In this document: in pieces, positions 29,434-39,501 of the stretch
Numbering within the stretch: position 1 is the first letter of the stretch
How the letters are laid out: every line of letters starts with the position of its first letter
Source: Candidatus Bathyarchaeota archaeon
Lineage (GTDB): Archaea > Thermoproteota > Bathyarchaeia > Bathyarchaeales > Bathyarchaeaceae
DNA: 43,576 nucleotides
Direction of reading: 5' to 3'
Assembly: GCA_030672415.1 (NCBI GenBank)
Contig: DAOVGL010000024.1
Location: forward strand, 1-43,576
Notes under the pieces: generated by a model
The model's database searches: none
What the model was told of the DNA's origin: nothing
Seen by the model: only the letters and a program-made list of their open reading frames with translations
Position numbers and translations under genes: made by a program

Positions 29434-29570
29434 TTTCAATACCACTTCAGTCGTTTTTACTCCTTCAGGTATCCATTATTCTCTTTCCTTTAAATTTTCT
29501 GCATAACTGTTTTATATCTGCTTCTCTACAACTGAACAAGTAAAATATGTTTAATTAGCGAGTGGAGGAA

Positions 29571-30308
29571 ATGAGTGTGTTTGCGGTGCCCGGGGCTTAT
29601 GATCGAGCCATAACAGTGTTTTCCCCAGATGGGCGCCTTTTTCAGGTTGAATACGCCCTCGAAACGGTGAATCGCGGAGCAACTATATTGGGAATTGCTT
29701 GCTCCGAGGGAATTGTATTGGGGGCGGAAGAGAAAATTGAAACAAAACTACAAGACCCCAAATTCACTTGGAAACTTTATGAGATAGATGATCATCTAGG
29801 CGCTGCGGTTGTCGGTTTGGGATCCGATGCCCGCATTCTCATCGACCAAGCAAGAGTTTACTCTCAGAGCAACAGATTGATGTACGATGAACCCATCGAT
29901 GTTGAGATTCTAACAAAGCGCGTCGGAGACATAAAACAACTGTATACTCAACACGCTGGAGTCAGACCTTTCGGGGTTTCAGTCATCTTTGGCGGCATAG
30001 ACAAAACTGGAAACCGAGTGTTCTCAACTGATCCAAGCGGATCCTACAGAGGATACAAAGCTGTTGCGGTAGGGATTGGCCGCGAAACGGTTGAAGCCAT
30101 CTTAAAGGAAGAATATCGGGAAGACTTGAAACTTGATGAGGCAATTAAACTCGCCACGAAATGCCTAATTAAGGCGCTTGAGGCAAGAGGAGAAACGATA
30201 AGACTCAAGTTAGCCGTGGTCCCAACTACAACAAAAAGGCTTCGAATGCTTACCAAAGAGGAAATCGAAGGCTACAAGAAGGGTCTCCAAGGCAGTGGAG
30301 CCCCATGA
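29571..30308 (+). CDS. psmA: Proteasome alpha subunit
   Basis: YDRAITVFSPDGRLFQVEYA, GVRPFGVS, TDPSG. Confidence 0.98.
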   Translation: MSVFAVPGAYDRAITVFSPDGRLFQVEYALETVNRGATILGIACSEGIVLGAEEKIETKLQDPKFTWKLYEIDDHLGAAVVGLGSDARILIDQARVYSQSNRLMYDEPIDVEILTKRVGDIKQLYTQHAGVRPFGVSVIFGGIDKTGNRVFSTDPSGSYRGYKAVAVGIGRETVEAILKEEYREDLKLDEAIKLATKCLIKALEARGETIRLKLAVVPTTTKRLRMLTKEEIEGYKKGLQGSGAP

Positions 30309-30994
30309 GTGAACGTTTCACAATTGCGCGTTTAACCCATGAAGGAGAACACTTCGAAATCCTCGTCAAACCGCAATCAGCTCTTTCCTATAGACTTGGA
30401 AAAGTCACGTCGATCTCTGAAGTGTTGGTCACTGACACCGTTTTCACAGACTCTAACAAAGGGTTGAAGCCTTCGGAAGATAAACTGTCTAAAGCCTTCG
30501 GAACCACGGATCCTCTTAAGATAGCCAGTATAATACTGAAGAAGGGCACATTACAGTTAACCACTGAGCAACGAAAACAATTAATCGAAGAAAAGCGAAA
30601 ACGGATTATCTCCTTCATATCCCGCCAATGCGTTGACCCAAAAACAAACCTTCCCCATCCCCCTATACGCATAGAGCGAGCGATGGGACAAATTCACTTC
30701 TCCATTGATCCCTATAAAGAAGTTGAGGAACAAGCAAAAGAGATTGTAAAGCTCTTGCGCCCAATCCTACCCCTCAAAATGGAGAAAGTCTCCGTGGCCA
30801 TCCATATCCCACCTGAGCACGCAAGTAAAGTTTACGGAACCGCTAAGGGATTTGGCACTATCAAACGTGAAGAGTGGCGGGCTGACGGATCATGGTTCGC
30901 AGTTGTGGAATTACCCGCTGGACTTTATGGGCCCTTTCTGGAAAAGCTTGGAGACATGACTCGGGGTAAACTTGAAACGAAAATGGTTAGATGA
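30305..30994 (+). CDS. sdo1: Ribosome maturation factor SBDS/Sdo1
   Basis: GEHFEILV, G.LQLTTEQR, DPKT.LPHPP.RIE.A. Confidence 0.95.
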   Translation: MSERFTIARLTHEGEHFEILVKPQSALSYRLGKVTSISEVLVTDTVFTDSNKGLKPSEDKLSKAFGTTDPLKIASIILKKGTLQLTTEQRKQLIEEKRKRIISFISRQCVDPKTNLPHPPIRIERAMGQIHFSIDPYKEVEEQAKEIVKLLRPILPLKMEKVSVAIHIPPEHASKVYGTAKGFGTIKREEWRADGSWFAVVELPAGLYGPFLEKLGDMTRGKLETKMVR

Positions 30995-31023
30995 TTAAAA
31001 CTTTATTATGTAAGGTGATGAAT

Positions 31024-31725
31024 TTGCCTACTTTCTACGAAAGAAAACAGATCGTAACTCCTGGAGATTTGTTAGCAGAAAACGATTACGTGGCTGGCGA
31101 CAACACATACAAAGAAAATGGCAAGATTTACGCCACACGAGTTGGACTCGTCGATTATGACAATCGTGAAGTCTTTGTGGTCGCTTTGAAAGCATTTTAC
31201 GTTCCGTTCATTGGAGATGTGGTCATAGGAAAAGTGACTGAAGTTTCTCTTGGTGTATGGCTATTAGACATCAAGGCGCCATACCCAGCAGTGCTTCGAG
31301 CGTCAGATGCTTTTAACCGACCGTTTAAGCCCCAGAGAGACGAGATGCCCTCCATATTTGACGTAGGCGACCTTGTCATAGCTAAAATAGTTGCCTATGA
31401 CCGAACACGAGACCCTCTGTTAACTGTTAGTGACCTTGGTCTCGGAAAGATCAAGCGGGGACAGATTGTTGAGATCACTCCTACAAAGATTCCTCGAGTT
31501 ATTGGAAGACAAGGTTCAATGATAACTATGTTGAAGCAAGAAACGGGCTGCCAAATAACTGTTGGCCAAAACGGCGTAATTCTTGTTAGCGGCAAGTCTC
31601 CTGAAGATGAGCAGCTCGCTGTTATGGCTATTCGCAAAATCGGAGAGGAAGCCCATACGAGCGGGTTAACGGATCGCATAACTGAAATGATTAAAAATGA
31701 AAAGAGAGATGTTGAACATGCCTAA
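31024..31725 (+). CDS. rrp4: Exosome RNA-binding subunit Rrp4
   Basis: VTPGDLL, Y.P..GDVVIG (S1), KIPRVIG..GSM (KH), AHTSGLTDR; start uncertain (31018 or 31024). Confidence 0.95.
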   Translation: MPTFYERKQIVTPGDLLAENDYVAGDNTYKENGKIYATRVGLVDYDNREVFVVALKAFYVPFIGDVVIGKVTEVSLGVWLLDIKAPYPAVLRASDAFNRPFKPQRDEMPSIFDVGDLVIAKIVAYDRTRDPLLTVSDLGLGKIKRGQIVEITPTKIPRVIGRQGSMITMLKQETGCQITVGQNGVILVSGKSPEDEQLAVMAIRKIGEEAHTSGLTDRITEMIKNEKRDVEHA

Positions 31726-32458
31726 GAAGAAAACTAAAAAATTAATAGATAAAAATGGTGTTCGGATAGATGGAAGAGAATTAAACAAGTTAAGACCTAT
31801 AAAGTTAGAAGTTGGTATTCTCGACAACGCTGATGGCTCTGCATACATCGAACAAGGAAAAAACAAAATTCTCGTTGGGGTGTATGGACCAAAGGAAGTT
31901 CACCCTAAACACTTAGCTATATCTGATCGAGCTTTGCTTCGCTGCCGCTACCATATGGCACCGTTTTCAGTTCAAGAGAGAAAGTCACCTGCCCCCTCAA
32001 GAAGGGAGAGAGAGCTTTCAAAAGTGATCAAAGAAGCCCTCCAACCCGCCATCTTCGTAAAGTACTACCCACGAACCTCCATCGAACTGTTCATCGAAGT
32101 TCTACAAGCCGACGGTGGAACAAGATGCGCAAGCCTCACAGCTGCCTCTTTGGCACTGGCTGACGCAGGCATCCCTATGCGAGATTTGGTAGCAGCATGT
32201 GCAGCTGGAAAGGTTGAAGGACATTTGGCGCTGGACTTGAACGATACCGAAGACAAGGAGGGTGAAGCGGACTTGCCCGTGGCATGGATACCTACCTTAA
32301 ACGCCGTGACGTTGCTTCAGATGGATGGAAAAGTAACGCTTGAAGAGTTTGAACAACTTGTGAACATGGCGATAGAAGGGTGCAAACAGATATATCCACT
32401 TCAAAAAGAGGCTTTAAAAGCGAAGTATATTGCGGTTAAGGAGGAAGTGAAAGAATGA
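31718..32458 (+). CDS. rrp41: Exosome catalytic subunit Rrp41
   Basis: R.DGR...[30 protein letters not shown]. Confidence 0.97.
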   Translation: MPKKKTKKLIDKNGVRIDGRELNKLRPIKLEVGILDNADGSAYIEQGKNKILVGVYGPKEVHPKHLAISDRALLRCRYHMAPFSVQERKSPAPSRRERELSKVIKEALQPAIFVKYYPRTSIELFIEVLQADGGTRCASLTAASLALADAGIPMRDLVAACAAGKVEGHLALDLNDTEDKEGEADLPVAWIPTLNAVTLLQMDGKVTLEEFEQLVNMAIEGCKQIYPLQKEALKAKYIAVKEEVKE

Positions 32459-33252
32459 AATCTCCAATCATTATTCGCGTGAAACAGAAGCAGATCGCTC
32501 AGTTGGTTTCCCATGGAAAGAGGTTGGACGGACGAGGATTAACCGACTATCGTGAATTACAACTAGAGACAGGAGTCGTTGGACGCGCTGAAGGTTCAGC
32601 TCGTGTGCGCCTAGGCAAAACCGAGGTGCTAGTAGGGATAAAAATTGAGGTGGGCAAACCGTTTGCCGACGTACCAAATAAGGGAGTCCTCACCGTGAAC
32701 GCTGAGCTGACGGCTCTCGCTTCACCATCATTTGCACCCGGACCGCCTAGCGAAAACGCTATAGAACTCGCGAGAGTCGTTGACCGCGGCATACGAGAGT
32801 CAAAGGCAATTGTTCTCGAGGAGTTGTGTGTGGAGCCCGGGAAAAAGGTTTTCATCGTCTTTGTCGACGTTTACATTCTTAACCACGACGGAAACCTTAT
32901 AGATGCCTCAGCTATGGCGGCATTAGCAGCTTTGATCAACACTAAGATGTTCAATTATGAAGTGAAAGAAGGCGAAATTAAGGTGAAGCCAGGCTACACT
33001 CCGCTTCCAGTGAAAAACTACCCCATAGCTGTGACTTTTGCCAAGATAAATGACAAACTTATAGTGGACCCATGGCTAGAGGAGGAGCAGGTTATGGATG
33101 CAAGGCTCACCATAACCACAGACAAAGACGGAAATATTTGCGCGCTACAAAAGGGTGGCTATGGCTATTTCACGACACAACAAATCTTAGAAGCTGCAAA
33201 AATAGCTAAAAACAAGGCAGAAGAACTGCGAAAGCGCGTGGTGAAAGGTTGA
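32455..33252 (+). CDS. rrp42: Exosome subunit Rrp42
   Basis: RLDGR...[38 protein letters not shown]. Confidence 0.97.
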   Translation: MKSPIIIRVKQKQIAQLVSHGKRLDGRGLTDYRELQLETGVVGRAEGSARVRLGKTEVLVGIKIEVGKPFADVPNKGVLTVNAELTALASPSFAPGPPSENAIELARVVDRGIRESKAIVLEELCVEPGKKVFIVFVDVYILNHDGNLIDASAMAALAALINTKMFNYEVKEGEIKVKPGYTPLPVKNYPIAVTFAKINDKLIVDPWLEEEQVMDARLTITTDKDGNICALQKGGYGYFTTQQILEAAKIAKNKAEELRKRVVKG

Positions 33253-33552
33253 ATGGGCAGACGAAAGCGAAAAAAGAAGGTGGGCCCAACAAGAGGACTC
33301 GGACCCCGCTACGGTTCAACCCTCCGAAAACGAGTTGTTAAAATCCTTTCAGGAATGAAGAAAGCCCACAAGTGTCCCCAGTGCGACAGCGAGTCGGTTC
33401 GAAGAAAAAGCGTGGGCATATGGAGTTGCAGAAAATGTGGCTTCACCTTCACTGGCGGCGCCTACGTTCCAGTTACAAAATTGGGTATCATAGCAAAGCG
33501 AACGGCTAAGGGCTCGCTAACCGTGGAAGTGCCTCTGGAAGAGGAAAAATAG
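33253..33552 (+). CDS. rpl37ae: 50S ribosomal protein L37Ae
   Basis: G.RYG..LRK, CPQC, GIWSCRKCG..FTGGAY. Confidence 0.97.
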   Translation: MGRRKRKKKVGPTRGLGPRYGSTLRKRVVKILSGMKKAHKCPQCDSESVRRKSVGIWSCRKCGFTFTGGAYVPVTKLGIIAKRTAKGSLTVEVPLEEEK

Positions 33553-33553
33553 A

Positions 33554-34111
33554 GTGACGTTGTTAACAACCTCTCGGAGGCCAACACCAAGAATACGAAC
33601 GTTTTGTCGTGACCTCGCTCGTTCTATCCCTAATGTTGTTCGAGTTAATCGTGGTAAGCTGAGTCTTGATGGGATAGCTGAAAAGGCTCTTGAATTTAAC
33701 GCTGACCGAGTTGTTATTGTTGATCGATGGAAGGGTGGACCTGGCAAAATCGAATTTTTCAAGATAGGACAAGAAGGTTTAGTCTCTGTTCCTCCCATAA
33801 TGTACGTCGCAAGCATAAAGCTTCAAAGAGAATTTAATGGGGCAAAGACCAGACCTATTCGCTCACTCATCATAACTACACCATCCGAAAAATCCAATGA
33901 AATCGTAAGGATTGCACGGTCTTTGTCAAACTTTCTAAACGTTCCACTGCCCCAGATGGATAAGGCGGTTTCAAAGTCTCAGGCCTCGATGCACATTTCA
34001 ACTGATGATCTGCATCGTATTCAAGTTACGTTCATGCTTCTCTTTCCTGAGACCGTTGAAATAGGCCCTTGTATCACCCTGTCACATGTGGTGTGGGAAA
34101 TCAAAAAATGA
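33554..34111 (+). CDS. Brix/Imp4-domain ribosome biogenesis protein
   Basis: LTTSRRPT.R.RTFCRDL, NRGKLSL, G.PG; conserved superoperon position. Confidence 0.88.
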   Translation: MTLLTTSRRPTPRIRTFCRDLARSIPNVVRVNRGKLSLDGIAEKALEFNADRVVIVDRWKGGPGKIEFFKIGQEGLVSVPPIMYVASIKLQREFNGAKTRPIRSLIITTPSEKSNEIVRIARSLSNFLNVPLPQMDKAVSKSQASMHISTDDLHRIQVTFMLLFPETVEIGPCITLSHVVWEIKK

Positions 34112-34383
34112 AGTCTCATGTTATTGTACGGCTAAATTTTCCGTCTGAAAGACATTTAGAAATCGTGCTGAGTGCTTTACAGCCTGAAACCAAGACTCCG
34201 CCTTCTTTTCGCTCTAAAGTGAAAGTGGAAGGGGTAGGCGCTACTTTAACGTTGAGTTTTGAGGCGTCAGACACTTCCGCCTTAAGAGCTGCTTTGAACT
34301 CTTACCTTCGCTGGGTCAATATTATCAATGATTCGTGTCTCGTTTTGGATTCTATGTGCAAGGAACAAATTAAAAACACTTAA
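34108..34383 (+). CDS. pcc1: KEOPS subunit Pcc1
   Basis: AL.PE, RS.V, A.DTSALRAALNSYLRW; ATGA overlap with the Brix gene. Confidence 0.92.
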   Translation: MKSHVIVRLNFPSERHLEIVLSALQPETKTPPSFRSKVKVEGVGATLTLSFEASDTSALRAALNSYLRWVNIINDSCLVLDSMCKEQIKNT

Positions 34384-34446
34384 TTAACGCTTGACCCTTA
34401 ATGCTGAGTTCAGAAAAGAAATATGTGAGGCTATGGAGGAATTACG

Positions 34447-34815
34447 ATGAGTAACGAAGTTTCGAGGCTCCCACCCCAAGTTCAACAACGATTGTTGAGG
34501 CTTCAGCAGTTGCAACAGACACTACAGTCAGTGTTGACGCAAAAGCAGCAGCTTGAGCTGGGACTCACCGAGGTTGAACAGGCTTTAAGTGAACTAGAAA
34601 AACTTACTAAGCAAGCTGTCATTTACAAGTCCGTTGGCTCGCTTCTAGTGAAGGCAAAGAAGAAAAAAGTGACTAAGGAATTGAAGGAACAGAAGGAACT
34701 CCTTAACATGAGAATCAGCGTGTTAGGTAAGCAGGAGGGACGTCTGCGGACTCAACTAAAGGATCTGCAAACTAAACTTCAGCAAGATTTACGTCCAGTT
34801 TCACCTCCACCTTAA
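34447..34815 (+). CDS. pfdB: Prefoldin beta subunit
   Basis: LPPQVQ, QQLQQ.LQ, IYKSVG.LLVK, coiled coils; GGAGG SD. Confidence 0.95.
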   Translation: MSNEVSRLPPQVQQRLLRLQQLQQTLQSVLTQKQQLELGLTEVEQALSELEKLTKQAVIYKSVGSLLVKAKKKKVTKELKEQKELLNMRISVLGKQEGRLRTQLKDLQTKLQQDLRPVSPPP

Positions 34816-35132
34816 TGGTGGAAAGATTTTTGGAAGAAATGAGCATACCAGAACTTACCTCTGAGCAGGTGGAAGAATTATGCGAGGTTGCAGAGAAGGC
34901 GGCGAGAAAATACGTGTTGTCAAGAGTTCCTTCCCGCAGAATCTCTGTGCTCAATATAACCGTTGAAACCGAAGGAACAAAACCAGTCTCCGTAAACGTT
35001 GATGTGGAGATTGCTCTGTCGTCTCTGATGAAAAACTATGATGTAAAAAAATTGGCTAACGAAGCCATGAAAAAAGCCTTCGCATCCGTTGAAAGGTGTT
35101 TAAGGGATTTTACATGCAAATCGACAAAATAA
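34815..35132 (+). CDS. DUF3194-like protein
   Basis: IPELT.EQ.EELCE.AE..AR.Y; usual position after pfdB. Confidence 0.75.
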   Translation: MVERFLEEMSIPELTSEQVEELCEVAEKAARKYVLSRVPSRRISVLNITVETEGTKPVSVNVDVEIALSSLMKNYDVKKLANEAMKKAFASVERCLRDFTCKSTK

Positions 35133-36109
35133 CAACGCTCATAGACAAAACTGACGCAAAACTGGCTGTTCTTTTATGTCATCATAACGCTGACCCAGAC
35201 GCTGTATGCGCAGCATTCGCATTCTCCAGGCTACTAAAACGTCTGCGACCCAAACTGAAAGTTACAATATCGGCGGCTCAAGGACCCAGCAGACTTTCCA
35301 AATCCTTGTTGAAATCGTTGCCCATAAAGCTGACAGCACAGCCACATATTGAAGAAGCAGATTTAATTGTGTTGCTGGACACAAACACTATTCAGCAGCT
35401 CGACGAGTGGAGCGGACAGGTCAAAGCATCAAACTCCCCAATCGTCGTGATTGATCATCACGCCAGTCACCCGGATACAGAACGCCTTGCAACAGTAAGT
35501 TTGACTGATGAAAAAGCAGCATCTACCTGCGAAATTGTACACCAGCTTTTTAGAGAGGCAAAAGTTAAGCCAACGAAAGTTGAAGCCAAAGCACTGTTCC
35601 TCGGGATAGCGTTTGACACTAGACACTTCATTATAGCTAGCTCCGCCACATTTAAGACCGTAGCCAACCTCATAGACGCAGGGTTGAACGCCGAAGAAAC
35701 CTTACCTCTGCTTTCTTTGCCAATAGATCTATCAGAGCGTATAGCACGACTTAAGGCGAGCAAACGAGTTAAGCTCAAGAAGATGAATGAGTGGCTGATC
35801 GCGTTATCTCATGTTAACGCTTATCAAGCATCAGCTGCGAGAGCCTTAATTAGGCTGGGGGCCCACATGGCGGTTGTTGTGGGTCAAAGAGGAGATAAGC
35901 TTCAAGTTAGCCTGAGAGCTTGTCGCGACTTCTACGAAAAAACTGGTATACACTTGGGTCGGGATGTAGCTAAACCACTTGGTGATTATCTTCACGGCAT
36001 GGGTGGTGGACACTCGACTTCAGCTGGAGCTAATGGAGTAGGAGACGTGAACCTCGCCCTTAAGTGCTGTGTGAAGATTTTAAGGGAGAAGTTCAAGAGA
36101 AATATTTGA
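35114..36109 (+). CDS. DHH/DHHA1 phosphoesterase
   Basis: HHNADPDA, LLDT, IDHH, GI.FDT, GGGH..SAG. Confidence 0.93.
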   Translation: MQIDKITTLIDKTDAKLAVLLCHHNADPDAVCAAFAFSRLLKRLRPKLKVTISAAQGPSRLSKSLLKSLPIKLTAQPHIEEADLIVLLDTNTIQQLDEWSGQVKASNSPIVVIDHHASHPDTERLATVSLTDEKAASTCEIVHQLFREAKVKPTKVEAKALFLGIAFDTRHFIIASSATFKTVANLIDAGLNAEETLPLLSLPIDLSERIARLKASKRVKLKKMNEWLIALSHVNAYQASAARALIRLGAHMAVVVGQRGDKLQVSLRACRDFYEKTGIHLGRDVAKPLGDYLHGMGGGHSTSAGANGVGDVNLALKCCVKILREKFKRNI

Positions 36110-36118
36110 ACGAGTAAC

Positions 36119-36415
36119 CTATCCTTTCTTAAATCCATACATGAGTCCAACGAAAAAACTACCTAAAAAGGGTAGAGCAGATATGAAAGGTGCTAGTAAC
36201 CCCAGCACTGGATCGGCTAGGTTAGGCCATAATTTTATCAACTCATCATAGTTTACATTGATCACGTTCGTGTAAGCCAAATATACAAGGGAAAATACAA
36301 CAACTCCGATAATTATCGCAATCCTAGTAATCTTCTTAACCGTGTATCCGACGAAAAATCCGCCAATACCACCTACCCCTAATTGGTACGCAATAGGGAT
36401 TAAAACCTCACTCAT
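36119..36415 (-). CDS. FUN14-family membrane protein
   Basis: QLG.GG..GF..GY..KK, L.YL.Y..VINVNY, F.GSF..G...GFK. Confidence 0.88.
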   Translation of the reverse strand: MSEVLIPIAYQLGVGGIGGFFVGYTVKKITRIAIIIGVVVFSLVYLAYTNVINVNYDELIKLWPNLADPVLGLLAPFISALPFLGSFFVGLMYGFKKG

Positions 36416-36423
36416 TTTTTATT

Positions 36424-36597
36424 TCACTTCGCCAGTTCAACTCCACATTCTGGACAAGCAGGTTTTTTGAAGACCAAACCAACCTTTGGGCAACAGTCCT
36501 TGCAAAATATTTTTTGGCACCTAGTGCACTTCCATGCTGTGGGTTTTAAAAACCCTCCAATTTCCCTTCCACATGTTGAGCAGAATCCCCTAACCAT
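36424..36597 (-). CDS. 57-aa zinc-finger protein with four CxxC pairs (not in the ORF track)
   Basis: Manual translation: MVRGFCSTCGREIGGFLKPTAWKCTRCQKIFCKDCCPKVGLVFKKPACPECGVELAK*; stop is 8 nt before the FUN14 ATG. Confidence 0.85.
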   Translation of the reverse strand: MVRGFCSTCGREIGGFLKPTAWKCTRCQKIFCKDCCPKVGLVFKKPACPECGVELAK

Positions 36598-36885
36598 GCT
36601 GTATCACTACTAAAATGTTTTCGATTAGTCTTTAAGAATTGCGCTTTTGATTTGGAAGTTTTTTATGAACATTTAACGAGTTCTGGAACTTTTCTGTGAT
36701 AGAGCTATGTATAGATTATCAATGAACATGTCAATTTTAACCGTGGAAGTGGTTGATCTTGACCAGTAACCTTTTCATTTTAGACGCGGTTCAGCCGGGT
36801 CTCGCCAGCCAACTGGATACTTCTTTTTGAGTAGCTACTCTTTTATGGGAGAAATCTGTGCCACTATATGAAGCGGGACTAGAAG

Positions 36886-37734
36886 TTGGCAGTCATCGAA
36901 ACAAAAGGTTTAACGTATACATATCCTAGTGGAACAAAACGGGCTCTTGAAGACGTGTCCATAACCATTGAAAGAGGAGAGTTTGTGGTTCTCACCGGCC
37001 CAAGCGGTTGTGGAAAGACGACTCTTTGCCGATGCTTCAACGGTTTAGTTCCTCACTTTTACGGCGGAAAACTTGAGGGTAATGTCTTAGTTACAGGTCT
37101 CAATGTGCACGAACACTCAATTTACGAACTCGCTCGACATGTTGGGCTTGTTTTTCAAAACCCAGAAAATCAGCTTTTCGCGTTGTCTGTGGAGAAGGAC
37201 GTGGCTTTTGGGCTTGAAAATTTAGGAGTACCAAGGGATGAAATGAAAAAGCGAGTGGACTGGGCTCTCCAAACAACCGACATAGAAGACCTTCGTGAAA
37301 GAGCACCTCACGAGCTTTCAGGTGGACAGCAACAACGAGTTGCCATTGCATCTGTACTTGCAATGCAGCCGAACGTGATGGTGCTTGATGAGCCTACTTC
37401 CTTCCTTGATCCTTTAGGTGCCCAAAGAATTTTTGAAGTGATTAATGAGTTGAATAAGAACTTGGGCATAACGGTTGTTCTGGTTGAACATAGACTGGAC
37501 TTGGCTGCGAGATACGCTGATCACGTTATCATTATGGACGAAGGAAGAGTGATGCTGGATGGCAAGCCTCGAGAGATTTTTGGGTTGGAGAAAACCAGAC
37601 TGATGGGCATCGGCATCCCCAAATCAACTAGGCTTTATCAAGTTCTTGAAAAAAGCGGAGTGCATCTAAGCAAGGTTCCAATCACCTCGGAGGAAGCAAC
37701 CCAAATTCTTAAGGAAGTTTTGAATCGTGATTGA
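36886..37734 (+). CDS. ecfA1: ECF transporter ATPase A1
   Basis: GPSGCGKTT, FQNPENQ, LSGGQQQR, LDEPT, VEH. Confidence 0.93.
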   Translation: MAVIETKGLTYTYPSGTKRALEDVSITIERGEFVVLTGPSGCGKTTLCRCFNGLVPHFYGGKLEGNVLVTGLNVHEHSIYELARHVGLVFQNPENQLFALSVEKDVAFGLENLGVPRDEMKKRVDWALQTTDIEDLRERAPHELSGGQQQRVAIASVLAMQPNVMVLDEPTSFLDPLGAQRIFEVINELNKNLGITVVLVEHRLDLAARYADHVIIMDEGRVMLDGKPREIFGLEKTRLMGIGIPKSTRLYQVLEKSGVHLSKVPITSEEATQILKEVLNRD

Positions 37735-38548
37735 AGTTAAAGACGTTTCCTTCACCTATCCAAATGACGTTGAAGCCTTACATGGAGTCTCTCTCAAAAT
37801 TCAGGACGGCGAATTCGTTGCCATAATGGGTCAGAACGGCGCGGGCAAAACAACGCTGGTGAAGCACTTTAATGGGTTGCTGAAGCCGACAAAAGGAGAG
37901 GTTGTGGTTGACGGAGTTAACACCACAAAGGCGAGTGTGGCTACTCTTTCCCGAAAGGTTGGGTTTGTGTTCCAAAATCCTGATCATCAACTCTTCTGTG
38001 AAACGGTTAAAGACGAGATTGCTTTCGCTCTTAAAAACTTCGGCTTCAAGGAAAACACAATCAAGAAACGGGTGACTTGGGCCCTTAACCTTTTAGACTT
38101 AAAAAAGTACCGCAAAACCTCGCCTTTTATGCTCAGTGGTGGAGAGAGAAAACGGGTTGCTTTGGCATCCGTTCTCGCTTGGAACCCAAAGGTGATTATT
38201 CTAGATGAACCAACGATTGGTCAAGACCAGAAACAAAAGGATAGGTTGCGACAGTTCATCAATCAGTTGATTACTCAAGGAAAAACCGTGGTCATAGTTA
38301 CGCATGACGTTGAATTCGTGGCGGAATGTAACCCCAAGATTGTGTTGATGGCTAACGGAAAGATTTTGGCTGAGGGCAGTGCCAAACAGATACTTACCAA
38401 CCGTTATCTTCTCACTCAAGCTTCTATTGTGCTTCCGCAGATCGCTCAAATTTTCACGGGGCTAGCTGATTTGGGGTTGCCCATCGACGTGATTAATGTC
38501 CACGAGGCGAAAAAGGTTCTGCTTGATTTCATGGAGGTTAATTCGTGA
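37727..38548 (+). CDS. ecfA2: ECF transporter ATPase A2
   Basis: GQNGAGKTT, FQNPDHQ, LSGGERKR, LDEPT.GQD, VTHD. Confidence 0.93.
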   Translation: MIEVKDVSFTYPNDVEALHGVSLKIQDGEFVAIMGQNGAGKTTLVKHFNGLLKPTKGEVVVDGVNTTKASVATLSRKVGFVFQNPDHQLFCETVKDEIAFALKNFGFKENTIKKRVTWALNLLDLKKYRKTSPFMLSGGERKRVALASVLAWNPKVIILDEPTIGQDQKQKDRLRQFINQLITQGKTVVIVTHDVEFVAECNPKIVLMANGKILAEGSAKQILTNRYLLTQASIVLPQIAQIFTGLADLGLPIDVINVHEAKKVLLDFMEVNS

Positions 38549-39351
38549 GCGTTTTTGAAGGCTTAAGATTTAGAAGAGTTTCATCACCTATCCACCGATT
38601 GGATCCGAGAGTAAAATTCTTCTACGTCTGTGTGTTGTTTGTGATAACAATTATGTTTGGGGGGACTATCAATAATCCTGAGTTATTACCTCTCATCGTA
38701 TTATTTTTTATTCAGATACCGTTCGTGTTGGCGGCAGGTGTTAAACGAGAATGGGCTCGATCTATGAGGGGAGCAGCATTCCTAGTAGCCTTCATTTTTG
38801 CGTTCAACTTTATCTTCCGGTACATATATGGTAACTACGAATCCTTTGCGCTTCTTTTAGAATATTCTTTCGCCATGGCACTCCGCTTCCTTGTGTTGGT
38901 GGAATCCTTCTCCATATTCTTCCTCACCACATCGCCAGACCATCTAGGTTTAGCGTTAGAGCAAACTCACGTGCCATACGAGTTTTGCTTCGCCTTCACT
39001 ACCGCCGTTCGATTTGTTCCCGTTTTAGCTGAAGAGGCACAGACAATTATGGATGCCCAAAAAGCCAGAGGACTGGAGCTAGAGCGTGGAAACTTCATAA
39101 AAAGAATAAAAAATTATATTCCCCTTCTCATTCCGCTCATCGTGAACGCCATCCGCAGAAGCCTTGAGCTCGCAGAAGCAATGGAGTCTCGAGCCTGGGG
39201 CGCCACCGAAAAGCGCACAAACCTTTATGTTCTCACGCTGAAGAACTCTGACTACATTTTAGTCGTCCTCTCAGTTCTTATGTTAATCCTTGCTGTGTAT
39301 GTACGCCTCCTCCCTCCAATTCCACCGCTAACAGTGCTCCTGCATATCTAG
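38545..39351 (+). CDS. ecfT: ECF transporter transmembrane T component
   Basis: HRLDPR, RFVP, AQKARG and AMESR Arg motifs. Confidence 0.93.
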   Translation: MSVFEGLRFRRVSSPIHRLDPRVKFFYVCVLFVITIMFGGTINNPELLPLIVLFFIQIPFVLAAGVKREWARSMRGAAFLVAFIFAFNFIFRYIYGNYESFALLLEYSFAMALRFLVLVESFSIFFLTTSPDHLGLALEQTHVPYEFCFAFTTAVRFVPVLAEEAQTIMDAQKARGLELERGNFIKRIKNYIPLLIPLIVNAIRRSLELAEAMESRAWGATEKRTNLYVLTLKNSDYILVVLSVLMLILAVYVRLLPPIPPLTVLLHI

Positions 39352-39501
39352 CCATCTAGCAAATAGCCTACGATAAGCACTTACGTTTGCGCGCGCATTT
39401 CATTATGATGAAACAATGTTTTTATATAAAAATGAGCCTAATTATTGAAAAGCAGTCTACATAAGAGGTTGAGAACAAAAGTCTTGTTTTGGAGGGAAAG
39501 G

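Noticed and set aside
36700..36885. Possible FMN or cobalamin riboswitch upstream of the ECF operon
   Set aside because: Only a short GGGAGAA match; the conserved core motifs and stems were not found.
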